64,000 nt of DNA from Ptychomitrium polyphyllum (taxonomy: Eukaryota), in assembly GCA_973851085.1 (NCBI GenBank), contig OZ316775.1, forward strand, positions 15,562,001 to 15,626,000, read 5' to 3'. Positions 39,891 to 52,561 of the stretch are shown here, piece after piece. The notes below the pieces were generated by a model, which did not search any database, was not told the DNA's origin, and saw only the letters and a program-made list of their open reading frames with translations. Numbering within the stretch: the stretch's first letter is position 1; the number at the start of each line of letters is the position of its first letter. Both the position numbers and the translations under genes were made by a program.

Positions 39891-42119
39891 AAATTGGTCT
39901 TTAGGAAAAGAACATTACTATATACAGGAGGTATACAATGCTGTAACGTTACTGTAAACGATACTGGCGATAGACTTCGCGTTGTTATTCTACAGTTCAC
40001 TTGTGTACAGTATCATGCCTTCGCAAGGATGCTTCGGCCCTCGTAACTTACATCATCAAAACTTGTGAGAAGCTTGCTTGGGTTCAAAAGAATAACCTTT
40101 ATTGACACAAATCTTGTTACACTAATGTCCAACCAACTCCAACTGCATGTCTGTTATTGAGTGCATACCAGACTTTCAAGACTCTTTCTGCATAAATGCT
40201 TTCTGAATTTCACAACCTGTGCCAAGATCCGCAACAATGCTAACGCTCCTCCGTAGACTGGCCAGCGGTAGTCACAAGCTGCAGGCCAACAATTGGAGCA
40301 ACTCCAGTCAAGTATCATTTATTACCATATTCAGGAACTTACTAAAGGCATATATTTGGTAACAGTAAAAGATGAAACATGCCTAATCGTCATTCAACTC
40401 ATCGATAAGACTTTTCAAGACATACCGTTTAGAGCAGACAAGACCAAGAAACACGAGTTTTCTTTGATACAACACCAATTCTGAAAGTTGAGAAAGGATA
40501 CTTGCAAAACACATAGGCAGAAAAGAGATCTGTCTCCACAATCTCGCATTTGTAAATTCAGCACGGTATATGCGACATGATTCCATTGAGCGCTTTGACC
40601 GCTTAGTGTTAGCTGCTTCAAGGTCGCCACCAGAGTCGCCACGTTCTTCTCCTGAGATATGGTCCTAATATGGCTCCCGAGCTGCGTGCAACCATGCAAG
40701 GAATGGCATGTTCATCACGCACGATCGGAAAATAGCACCTCTTACTATTCAACTATTTAAGTTAGATTGATGACCATGTGGAGTGCAATACCTTCATTAC
40801 ACTTCCTTGCATATTAGATGCGCCACATCCTTTAAATTATGGTCTATGTATAGCAACTGAGACAATTCTAAACAATGAGTATGACCAAATGAAGTCATAT
40901 TTATGACAAGTCACGAAATATGAACAGTAATAGGACTAGAGAGTGAATCGCCCATCCCTACCACCGGGATAAATGGCGGATGCGCTTCCCAAATAGAACC
41001 AGTCGATTTCCTTTTTCCTCGGCACAACATTCCTCGCAAAATGACTTCCATCAGCTAATGACATGGAAAGCAACTTGAATACAAGCCATGATGTAAAATA
41101 TTTGAGCATAATAAGGATGAATCCTCGATGGCAGAAAAGATTTGAACAGAACCTCACGAACAAACTCAAGCATAGGCAACAGCTCCGAACCCTAAGTTGA
41201 GCACGAACGAAGATGAGCATCAGGATAACTTCATAAATACGCACTCATCTGCCGTTTCACAATCTCCAAATAATCCCGGATTTTCTCGATATCATTCAGC
41301 AAGTTCCATGTGTTTACATCCAAGCAAGCATAGCGAGTGATCTTGCCTGCGCCCCTCTGTAGCTCCAACAACAGCTTCAATATCCAATGTCCGGCTCAAT
41401 ATAATCTCCTAGATCATCTTTAAATAAAGGCCTAAATCTGTTAGGTTAATGAAAAGGACAAGAAGCCCTTACCTGATCAGTTGATACAATAATGTTCTAG
41501 GTCGAAAATCGCCCAATGGCCACCACTCGTACCACATCCGAGCCCGCCAAGCAGGAAAACGATCGGCTGCAGAAGTAAAGCAACCATTGTTTAATGTTAT
41601 CAGCAACCCTAGAATACACGCACCTCCTAGTACGGCGTTCTGAACTGCATGAAAATGATACTTGAGACAAGTAACTCAGGATTTTCTCGTCTTGGTTATC
41701 TCAAGAAAGTTCCATGTTCACAAATTCTGGAAAACATGTAGTTCGCAAGTTAGAAAATATCAGGTCCGACATCAATTCATTCTCTTGATCCATTTGAAAT
41801 ATAAACAAGATTTGTCAAGCACTAAATCGACTCCACAGGACATAAGAGAAACTTTCACATCACAGATAACTGCCTAAATAACCCATCCAGAACTGGGATG
41901 ACTTATCGTTACAATCACAAAAACATTCTAATGCCCTGGCATATCCTAACAATCGTCTTTCTAAACCCCCTCTAGTACACTAATGAGCAGGCACATTTTT
42001 GGCAAATGCTTCCCTCTGAACTTGCTGAAATTCACAATGCGAAACACAATCTGTACACCTACAGACACTTTGGTTCGCTACACTATAGGTCATGCCTGCG
42101 CATCCTGCACATCCTGAAG

Positions 42120-43346
42120 CTACAAACCGTGCCCTCGTCCTCGTTCCCGGCTCCTGCGACGGTGACTCCTCGACCCCACACTCCCTCCAATGTTCTCACT
42201 ATTTTCTGATGGATTGCCACCCAATCTATTTACGCTGTTTCCTGCCATGGCCTCCCCCCACAGTGCGCTCCGCGCTGCATTGTTTCGTGGTGGATGGAAC
42301 CGACCCCGAACCATGGACGCTGGCAGACCTCTTCCTCCTGACATTGATGCCTGACCAAACACTTGGAATAGCAGAAACACCGTCCACCAGTTTCCATCGT
42401 CCCCAGGAAAATCTGTGTCGTCTCCATCCTCGTCGTCCCCGTTTTCGTCGCCCTCAATCACGTAGTCTCCCAACACTGTTGCGCCTGGCATCGTACTCAA
42501 GACGTCACCAAGCTCACGCTGCCGCTCCAGCTGCATCCAGCGATCCAGTCGACTGCGGTCAATCTCCGATGGTCGGGCCGACGGGTGTGTGCATCGAGCG
42601 TGCTTCCGCAGCTCCTCGTATGGCCCGCTGAAGTTGCATGACTCTTGAGCACACGACCGAAGCTTCTGATTCAGGTGACTGCGAGCAGCCTCTATCACAA
42701 TCCACCCCTTCACCTTCCCTCTGCAAAGGGGGCACAAAAGTTCCCCTGAATCCACCTCCTCTCCCGGCACTACGCCATTATTACCCACCTCCACAGACAC
42801 TTGCCTCAAACCACCGTCTCGAACGCCATCTATTTCCACAGACATCTCCCGTCTGTAGTCGCCAACAATTCCTCCAACTCCCAAAGCTCTCACAACATGA
42901 CCTGGGGCTGGGGCTGGAGCTGGGGCGGGGGCGGGGGCTTGGGCTTCCGTGGGACCTCGCTCGTCCTCAGAATCGTCAACCCTGTTCACAACTGCTCGCT
43001 CGGTCTCCGCAACACCTCTTCCCCGCACACTGACCAAAGGCAGTGCATCGCGGAGTTCGTGAGCTTTCCTGTACTGATCCAGGCAATTCGAATGCCGGTA
43101 GCTCGTATCACACATGTAAGGTCGACAACCCTTACTGTAAGAACTGCAGATCAACAATACGGCATTGTGCGGATGTTCCATGCACACCGGACAGGTTGCT
43201 TCCTCCCACTCCTTCCTCTCTGCAGAATCCTCACCGTCCGTCGAGCACGTCTCCTGCGCCCCACTCTGTCCATATCTCGAATAAGGTTTGTACCGCGAGC
43301 TCTGCGACCCGGACGACAGACGCGACACGTTTCGATCCTTCGGCAT
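42120..43346 (-). CDS. DUF1644 family (C2H2/RING-like zinc-finger) protein, single coding exon
   Basis: Motifs EATCPVCMEHPHNAVLLICSSYSKGCRPYMCDTSYRHSNCLDQY, LLCPLCRGKVKGWIVIEAARSHLNQKLRSCAQESCNFSGPYEELRKH and HPSARPSEID. The ATG at 43346 lies just after a 5'UTR intron acceptor. Confidence 0.93.
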   Translation of the reverse strand: MPKDRNVSRLSSGSQSSRYKPYSRYGQSGAQETCSTDGEDSAERKEWEEATCPVCMEHPHNAVLLICSSYSKGCRPYMCDTSYRHSNCLDQYRKAHELRDALPLVSVRGRGVAETERAVVNRVDDSEDERGPTEAQAPAPAPAPAPAPGHVVRALGVGGIVGDYRREMSVEIDGVRDGGLRQVSVEVGNNGVVPGEEVDSGELLCPLCRGKVKGWIVIEAARSHLNQKLRSCAQESCNFSGPYEELRKHARCTHPSARPSEIDRSRLDRWMQLERQRELGDVLSTMPGATVLGDYVIEGDENGDDEDGDDTDFPGDDGNWWTVFLLFQVFGQASMSGGRGLPASMVRGRFHPPRNNAARSALWGEAMAGNSVNRLGGNPSENSENIGGSVGSRSHRRRSRERGRGHGL

Positions 43347-45874
43347 CCTACACCACACCAATCAAATTTCCCACCAAAGAAAATCATAACGTCAACATCA
43401 TCCACGCCACAGAATCCACATCCCATCAATCCACACCTCGCAAACACCAACTACATACACCAATTTCTCTCCCAAACACAACCGGGCGCTTCTTTATACT
43501 CACAGTTGCACCACACCCCAGTCCGACCCGTGACACCCTGACAATCTACTACAATTCCAATAAAAGGCATCCACAAGCACAACAGGCAGTACAACGATCC
43601 GATCCTCGCGCTCCTTCCTAAGCACCCCCGCGTAACACATATCATCCAATTCTGACCACCTATGCTTCGCCAAGAAACAAAGAACCACCTCACACAACAT
43701 CCGTCTCGCAAAGAACCTCAAAACCAACTCCACAGAACCAATGCTCCACCACCTATCCAGACGCACACATCATGTCATCACCTGCTAGATCTCGCGCAAC
43801 TTATACACCCCGGAAGCCACCAAATCACGACTCCCTAGGGTTTCTGGAATGCCCGGCTTGCACAAATCGAATCTCCCGGACAATTACAAATCTCCAACCG
43901 CGCCCGCAATTTCAAGACGCTGCTCACTACCGAGACAATTGCGAACGAATCCCCGCCCTAAGCCGGAGAAAACCACTCTGCCTCCCAACAAAAGCCACAC
44001 AAACCTCAACAGGATCGCAACGAGCGAACCCTGGCGCAAACGCCAGAACTTCAACCACGGCCCCCTAGGGTTCCAATTGCTCCTCAAAACTCCCCACTCT
44101 CAATTATACATCACCTCTCCAGTCACCGCTCCCAGCCGTGCCCCGCAAGTCACATGCCAGAACAGCACGGTAGTACTGTGCCTCTTTGTTGCTCCGCTCC
44201 GCTCCACTCCACTCCACCACGGCCAATTACTCTGATCTACACAGGCACGAGGTGACGAGGGCGGTGACGAATCACGGCCCCGTACCACCGGCGACGGAGA
44301 CGAGTGCAGAGCCCCGGCGCATCCCGATCCGCAGTGAGCCCAAACCCTAATTGGACACAGCGTCCAGCCGGGATGCGAAGCAATTGCGATTGCAATTGTG
44401 GCGCACAAACTCTCGCACTTGAGGGCGCCCTGCCGACGAGAGCCGCGGTAGGCCGTGCGCCGTGGGCAGTGGCTATGGCGGGGGCGCGAGTGCGGTGCGG
44501 GTGGGGTTGGCTATGGCGGGCTGCGAGGGCGGGCGCAGACTCCACAGCGACGAAGCCCCACCGTGTGAGAGTGACGGGCAAGTCTTTCAGGGGACGGCAA
44601 TTTACAGTCCGCGCTCTGTACTCGTTTCCTTCCAACACGTGTTCTTTCGCTGTGAGTGTTCCGTTTTTCATACTAGTACTCCCTTGAAAGTTACGCTGCG
44701 AAGTGCTTTGTGTTGCAAAAACTTTCTCCTTTCCTCGTAAAACTGCGCTGTTTAAATGGTACTTAAGCTCCTTTTTTCTGTTTTTCTTTTAATTTTTTAT
44801 TTTTTTTAGGCATTTAATACCAGTAAAGCACCAAGTCTTGTAGAATTCTTTTAAGAAATGCATGGAGAAACTAATTCTTTTCTAAAAAAGGCTTTAATGA
44901 AATTGCTTGATTTTGATGAGGGTTGAGCAAATACGTGGATGAGAGGTAATTTTATTGGACATGTAGATGAATATGAAGGTGTTATAAAATTATGTCATTT
45001 AAAAAACAACTAGCATAATCTTGAGTTATCAGGGATGCATTCAAAGTCTTTAATACTCTATAGCTACTTTGGTTTGATTTTAAGAACAAAATCAACATTA
45101 TGCTTTATAAAATAATTGCAAAAGAGTCACTTTAATCATTTATTGTTGACATACATTAGTCCTTTAAAGATTTTGTCATAAAACATTCTTTCAAAAAGAA
45201 AAAAGATAAGTTCTATTAACTTCTAATAGTCACCTATTAGTCATTTAATGATGATTGTGGATTATTAATCTAGAGATAAAGGAAAATTGGTAGTTTCTTT
45301 TTGTATGATTATAAAGTAATTAGTTTTTTTTAATATGACTAAAATTAATTAATATGTTACATAATTGGCAATCTAAGCTTTTTAAAGGTGCAAATTCTCA
45401 TTTATGCTTTATTTGGTTTTTACAACAAATAAAAGAATGGGCCTTATAAATAGTTATCTGAATCTAATAAGGTAAGGTTTAAAACAATTAAGCTATGCAC
45501 ACAATTGAGTTGAAAATTTTTAATCTTGGATTGAATTTTTTTAATATAAATCCTTATATAAATTCAAAAAGCCACATTATAATATTAATTAAAGCATTTT
45601 AAGTTCTATTTTGTCAAGTTTCAATAAATCAAAATTATATTGTGTTAAATAGAAATTGTAATATGTTTTTTATTGCAAGAAGATTGAGGCTATAGTAAAA
45701 AATGATACAAACTAATCTACAATACAATATATGAATTTCACTAAATGGTGGGAAAAAGCACCATTGGATGAAGTAGAATAAATTTTCAACCAAGTATGAA
45801 AGAATTGCATTTAAAAATGTTTTTTCTTTAGAAAACTATGGTTGAAAATGCATATGAAATATATAAAAATAAAA

Positions 45875-45883
<9 letters not shown>

Positions 45884-45939
<56 letters not shown>
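45884..45939. repeat. (TA)n microsatellite abutting an assembly gap
   Basis: Directly visible. Confidence 0.97.
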
Positions 45940-46039
45940 NNNNNNNNNNNNNNNNNNNNNNNNNNNNNNNNNNNNNNNNNNNNNNNNNNNNNNNNNNNNN
46001 NNNNNNNNNNNNNNNNNNNNNNNNNNNNNNNNNNNNNNN
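45940..46039. other. Assembly gap (100 N, true size unknown)
   Basis: Run of N characters. Confidence 1.
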
Positions 46040-47965
46040 ACATATTTATTTCAACGTTTTGACATTCAAGAAAAATAAATGTATATGTGTTTGTATATAT
46101 CTACATAAAAATATATTAGATGAGTTTTGTATATATTTCAAAGATTTGTTCATGTCAAAATTTCACAAAATTTCCAAAGTTTAAAAACATACCATAATCA
46201 ACATCAACATACAATATACATTTTTGTAAAAATATCACATTTTTGTGTGGCATTTTTTTTCTTGTTTTTTAGATCTGTTTATAAAGGATTCTTTTCAAGG
46301 CGGTCTTATTAACATCTATGAGTACATAATGCATTATGTATGACATTTTTGTATGTTATGTGACATATTTACAATTTTGTATTTATATATCAACACAAAT
46401 AGCGACTCCTACCACAAATATTGTTCTTTCACTAAAAAATCCTATTTAAAATCTCTAATGATCCTTTCATCAAACAATGAGGGAAATTATTTAAAGAGTT
46501 ATAAGAATCACGTGAAATCCATATATGCTCATGGAAGATTTTAGTAGTTCATATTATATTAGTCCAAATATAAAGATACAACTACATAGAACTCCAGAAA
46601 CATTGTAAATTCAAAATGAACCATCAAACATAATTTTTGTGAATAGCATGCACTATTGAAGCTGTGATGGCCCATCTTGTAGCACTATCTCCAACATCCT
46701 CAGTCACAGGTTGATTAGATTTACTCATTTGAAACAAATCATAGGGACCTGCGTCAAAAGTTGGATTTGTAATGAAAAACATTCACTCTTGCCAGGATTC
46801 TTGCTTCAGAAGGAAGCAGATCCTTTGCAGTTTAGCACTGACAAGCCAACTTACAAGAGCACTCAATCTGCTGCAGTGCAGCGGAGACATTACAGTGATT
46901 GCAGTTACCACAAGTGTAGTGCCTATTAATCAGTTAATTATTTTATGACGCATCACACTTCCCCATCACATCATCCATGCACCATCACATCCATACATCA
47001 CCATATCCTTGCATCACCTCATCATGCTTCCTGTAACATGTAACTTACTGGTACTGGAATTTGCTCAAATGTAAAACCAAGAAATGTAAAATCCTTCACA
47101 GTTCCTCACAATCCCTCACAAGTGCAGTGGCACCCAGTTCCCCTCCACTTCACACCCGCCTAGCGTTACTACTAGCCTTATCACTAATTAAATAATGCAA
47201 ATTTTGGTGATACAGTGATTGCAGTTACAGTCTCAAGGTTAATGCTCTCTGGCCTGGTGAGGTTTCATCATCATCGTGAGATCATGCCTTGAGACTCTAG
47301 AAAGCAGAATTATTGAGATCACTGTCAATCAGTCCAGAACTAGGTCTGTGTTGTGGTCACTCACGTGCCAGTCATGTTCATGGCAGGCTATGACTGCTTT
47401 CTGCATGTTTGCTCAGGGGTGGCTGTTTCCACCTGATCAGTGCTTTCAGCTTCAGGTGAAGCTTTGGGAAGTTGTGCAATGAGGTGGGAGAATCATGGCG
47501 CCCGCAAGACCTCGGAGCAGGAGCAGGTGTACGTTGGAAGGTTGCTAATGGCGTCACCCAGGCCTTTCACATTCATGCCTACACCCGGCGGTTCCATCAC
47601 CCACCAGCAGTACAATCAACGTCCCTCCTCTTTCATACTGTTTTGCAATTCTCGTAAAACTTTGATTTGAACAAGCTTTAATGCACTGGTAGGGTTGAGT
47701 CGTTTGGATTAGCTGGTGTACAATGCACTTCCACTCTTTCATTACTGCACGAAATTAGAGATGATATTGATGTGTTCTGGTTTTCCATTCCCTACTGCAC
47801 TCTGATGTCAGAAGAATGTGAGATTTAGTTGAACGCCAAGTCTACATATTGCCGTGCCCTGTCCTTGGTTCGTTGATCTCTTCCTCTTTTGAGTGTCTAT
47901 CGTAGTGTCAAAGCTTTCATGCTGATATGGTACAAACGTGAGCTTCCTGACGTGAGTCATTACAG

Positions 47966-48757
47966 GCACCATATCTGATGGGCACGTCTGTGTTGGATCT
48001 CAAGTATAAGAATGGAGTTCTTATAGCTGCTGACACTGCTGGTAAGCAGAGCCCTAATCTCCTTAATTACTATGTCACATCACAATCATGTGGAAGATCA
48101 GTCCCAAGCTCTGCAAAATTGCCTCTCTTTTTTCTTGTGAGTTTCTGTTGTATACTGGTGGATGCATTGGCATATCCAGGTTCATATGGATCAACGACAC
48201 GGTATGAAAGCGTGGATCGCTTGAAAGCAATAAGCAACAACATACTGCTTGGAGCCACGGGAGGCATTAGTGGCTCCCAGGCCCTCACCCAGCTTCTTGA
48301 CAAGCACATGTACTCCATTAAGATGTCTGGTGCTAGCTAACGATGCTTCAGGTGAGCATGATCGGAGTGCACGATCTGGATCAGCACATTTGCAACTGGA
48401 TTTGGAATTTACTTAGCACAACCCATCTTCAGCAGTGAGTGGAAGGAAAACATGGAGGAAGGAAAAAAATTACTTAAAAAGGCCTTGCTGGTCTTGTTCT
48501 ACAGCAACCACTCAGCCATCAACAAGATCCAGGTAAGCAGGTGTTTACATCATATTCATGTGCTTTGAATTTTTTGACTCGTACATGTAAGTATTCAGCG
48601 AACAATCAATTGACATTATTGAGAATCAATTGTCCAGGTGGCCAACGTCACCGAGGATGGCGTTCGTATTTCACATAAAAAAGCCATGTACGTTGAAGCC
48701 AACCTGGAACGTTGAAGCCTTCAAAAATCATATTCTGCTGCTGCTGGCTCATGGTGA
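47966..48757 (+). pseudogene. PBG1: 20S proteasome beta-7 subunit (PBG1/PSMB4-like) unprocessed pseudogene
   Basis: Exon remnants PYLMGTSVLDLKYKNGVLIAADTAG|SYGSTTRYESVDRLKAISNNILLGATGGISG, VSMIGVH../FATGFGIYLAQPIFSSEW..EEGKKLLKKALLVLFY...AINKIQ|VANVTEDGVRIS/..TLKPTWNVEAFKN..AGSW*. Introns are retained, frameshifts are present and the central segment is missing. Confidence 0.85.
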
Positions 48758-49944
48758 ACTCAAATCAAGCTCACCAGGAAATCTGAAACTAAATTCTCGG
48801 TCGTTCTGGAGTGCCACCTATTAGTGAAAGAGTGGTGATTGCACCTATCCAGATTCCAGAAACCGGCTTTCAACAATTGTGAGCCTAATTACAGAACATG
48901 ATTGCTTGTTGCGTCAATAGAGAAGGGATGCCTTCCTGTTTCTAGGCGTTGTCAGTATGGAGCGCCCGGGAAAACCGAACATCCATTACAAACACCATTA
49001 ACTTATTTGGAAAAGCATAGCAGTGCTTTTAAAATCTTTTCAGATATGACCTACAAGTGCTTCATCTCAAGCATACGGTATACCAGCACACTGGATTCAT
49101 ACAGCAGGACAGAAACTACCAAACATTCAGAGTGCAGAAACTCTCTTTCGTTTAAAATACCAATAAGATTGGTACCTTAAACTGAATTTCATCATTGCAA
49201 GATTCAAAGCATAGAACTTCCAGCAGTGTCTGAAACTTGCATTACACCATGATTATCATAGCTTTCACAACAGTTGCAAAAACATCAAGTCAACAACTTT
49301 CGCATGGCATCAATAATTGGAATCACAAGCAAAGCTCAAATCCAGCTATCTAAAATGACATGGGTCTCATTCAGACGACAGGCACGGCGCACATCCAATG
49401 CACAGAAAAGAGAAATCATGAAGTAACGAGGACTGGAGCAAAGCCTAGAAGTTTACAAAACTGATAAATTTTATTGATGTTGCTCGGTACTGTACAACTC
49501 TATAGAAATGATAATGTCATGACAGTCTTCTAGATTGCGAGTAATGTGGTATGTATACCCAATGATGTTGGCTTGCAAGCTCGTATACACAGGACAACAA
49601 GTTACATGGAAGATCAGAAGACAAAAGCCGTGCAAATGCAGCAGGTGGGAAACTGATCAATTTGAATCACTTAACCAACTCTAAAACGTTAGTACCTATA
49701 ATGTACAGCCACTTACGGTCTCTAAAGAGTAAATTACCAGCATTATAAATGACCCCACACTCAATAGGGACAGGAGTTAAATTTGGTAACAATACACAAT
49801 CTGGAACACCCGATGTTACATTCCCTCCCAGGTAAACGACGTTGGTGCAATACACCAGCTTGTACTAGCTGCAACCTCTAAATGAGCCTGGTAGGAGGTT
49901 CTTGACGAAAACTGACCTCCCTCCACGATCAAGCTTGAAGTGAT

Positions 49945-52561
49945 CTACGAAGTGGCGGATGCAATGCCACCAGTGATAGTCTGGTCCATATCAAGCTTCC
50001 GTCCTTTGCGTACATGTAGTTGGCCATCAAATTTTTCGTATGCATCAACATCGTTGAGGTCAACTGAACTTGGTTTCTTGCACGACGAGCATAATTTCTC
50101 CTCTCCAGCAGCTTTAGAATCTCCGTCCATTTGTGAAGAACCTCCGTCAGGTGAAAGGGGAGGATCAAGAACTGAAGCACCTTCAAAAGGCAAGCCAGTG
50201 CTATTGAGAGAAACTGCTTCAGCTTGCTTGGTAGGAGTGAACTTTCTCTTTTTCTTGGCGTCCATCTTCCTAGGCATAACATCAAAGAAAAAGATTCCGC
50301 CATTCCAAACAGAAGCCGCAACCTTCAAGCACTCAAACATGATGTGAAGTCTGTAATGCTTGAACAGTGGTACTGTAAGAGCCATGGTGAGAACCGTGAA
50401 TACGCCTTGCAGTATAGCATACATCGCAACACGATGGTCATCACCCAACAATCCACTGAGCTTCCACCAGATGTTGTTTGCACGTGATGCCTTGCGAGAT
50501 AGTTCCCTGCAGATTCAACGACGATATACTTATAAGTTTATCAAAACCAATAGGATCGGAATATAAAATTAAGGATGGGATGTATTTTCAATTCAAACTG
50601 GACACCCGTACTTAGTTTGGAGGTGAGAAACACACCTGAATGAGGTCATAACTTCGGGATCATTCAGCAGTCTCTGACGCCGTAGCACGTTCACAACTAG
50701 CAGGTAGAGAAACTGCCAAACAAAGTATGCAACGAGAGGCACAACGAACAGCCACGTCCAGAGCTGTTGATCACTTTCCAAGAGAGGCCACGCTGGCCAG
50801 GGTCCTGTATCATCAACAGCATGATGGGCGAATGTAATTGGATCCCACCACCTTATGATAAAGAAGACCGTTCCTGTATTACCCAACAAAAAACAGACAA
50901 GGATCAGCGTCACTGGTGCAACAAAGACCTAAAGCAGATTCCTGTGTCCAAATGACATAATCAGCGAAGTTCACCTGGGTACGATATGAGAATGACAACA
51001 ATTTACCGTGAACAATTTGTTAGAGAGCAGGTACGCACCTGGAAGTAGGTGGATGAGCACACTAACAATCTTGTCAACGGAGCTAAAGACGAGACTACAA
51101 CGCCAAACAATAAGTGCCCATGCCAGTGGTCCCTGCATACCAATTTTTCATGGAAGAATCAGGTGGCCACATGAATTAGAGTAAGCAACTTAAGACATTT
51201 CACAGCATTGAAAAAGCAGGAATAGATAGAGAAGGAAAATATCAGTATAAGATCTGCAACAGACATTATACGAACCTCTGAAAAAGAGAAGCATATCAGG
51301 AACAGTTTATCATTCGTTGGGAAAAAAAGGAGCATCACCACAAATATTGCATTGGCGTAGTAGCAGAAATCCTGCTCACAAATTATTAGACAAACTCTTC
51401 AGTATAGGAAAGCATCATTAATAGGCATGAATGTACGAGCATACAACTAACAAAAAGTAATGAACCAAATCGATCAAAAAAATTGTGTAAATAATACACC
51501 CTACACTATTGCCTTCCCGAAGAAGACACTAAAAAGATAAGCATGGGGTGCTACTACCAACAACCGTATCAATAGTGTGGTGCCGATTGCTTGAGACTGG
51601 CTCGGCCAACAGGCGGAACAGACTACTTTAAGATGAAGTTCATGTAGAAGTAGTGAAACCAGCTCCAACAGAACTATTTGGGGATCCCTTAAATTTGTAA
51701 TAGGTTAGATCAATTCCTTATAATTATAGCGGAATGATATCAGATACAGATAGAGAAGTTGGAAGCCATATTACCAGGAGATAATAGTGCCATTTCTTGA
51801 TCCGATAATAGATCCACCTTAAAGGTGCCACCGTAAGGAAGAACAAACAATAAAGTTTAGGGATTTCAGCAGGCCCTGCCAGCATAAGTTGCACTCTTCA
51901 GTCACTTCGGACAGGAAGAATCCCTGTGTAAAAAGTATCCAAACGAAATCAACAAAGAAGTCACACAGCATAAAGATTTTATCAGAAGATCTTAAGTTAG
52001 CATGTCATCAACACATTGTGTACTTACTTGAACCCAACAAGTAGCAAAATGTCCCAAAAGCAAAAACTCCTGTAAAATATGTCACCTGCAGAAGTAAAAC
52101 AGTAAACCATCCAGTTAAATAAACATAAACAAGACAGAAGGATTCACAACAGCGAAGCAGCACAAAACAACTATAAAACAGCAAACTAGCATAAGCTTTA
52201 TCTTTAATATAGGTTACTGATCCGCAATACAGGAGGATTCGGAGCTAACTACCTTAGTAATGAAATCTTCATGCTCGTCTGCACGCTTAGCTATTACTGT
52301 TGCTTGTTTAGAAATCAACTCCTTTGTCTTTTTCACCACCTTGCATTCCCATTAATTAACAAATATTAGCAATCAAACAGGAAATCCCATAAAAAATCAA
52401 AAGACAAATCGCTCACATGAGTCGAAAAAGATTCATACTTAACGCTCTACTTACGTTAATTAGAGAAGTTTCGTTACCTCTTTCTCTCTAACAGATTTTG
52501 CAGTACGCACGTGACCATCGCCACTGCCTCGGTACGACCCATTCAGCTCTTCACGAGCCAT
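49945..52561 (-). CDS. GPC1: Glycerophosphocholine acyltransferase (GPCAT/GPC1, DUF2838 membrane protein)
   Basis: Multi-exon gene reading MAREELNG...[35 protein letters not shown]...[23 protein letters not shown]...[48 protein letters not shown]...[16 protein letters not shown]...[15 protein letters not shown]. Confidence 0.93.

Noticed and set aside
42092..43621. Several long plus-strand ORFs (179, 246 and 192 aa)
   Set aside because: They are antisense shadows of the GC-rich DUF1644 exon and its leader.
47230..47670. Exon-like fragments upstream of the PBG1 pseudogene
   Set aside because: No identifiable protein match. They are not assignable to PBG1 or any other family by eye.
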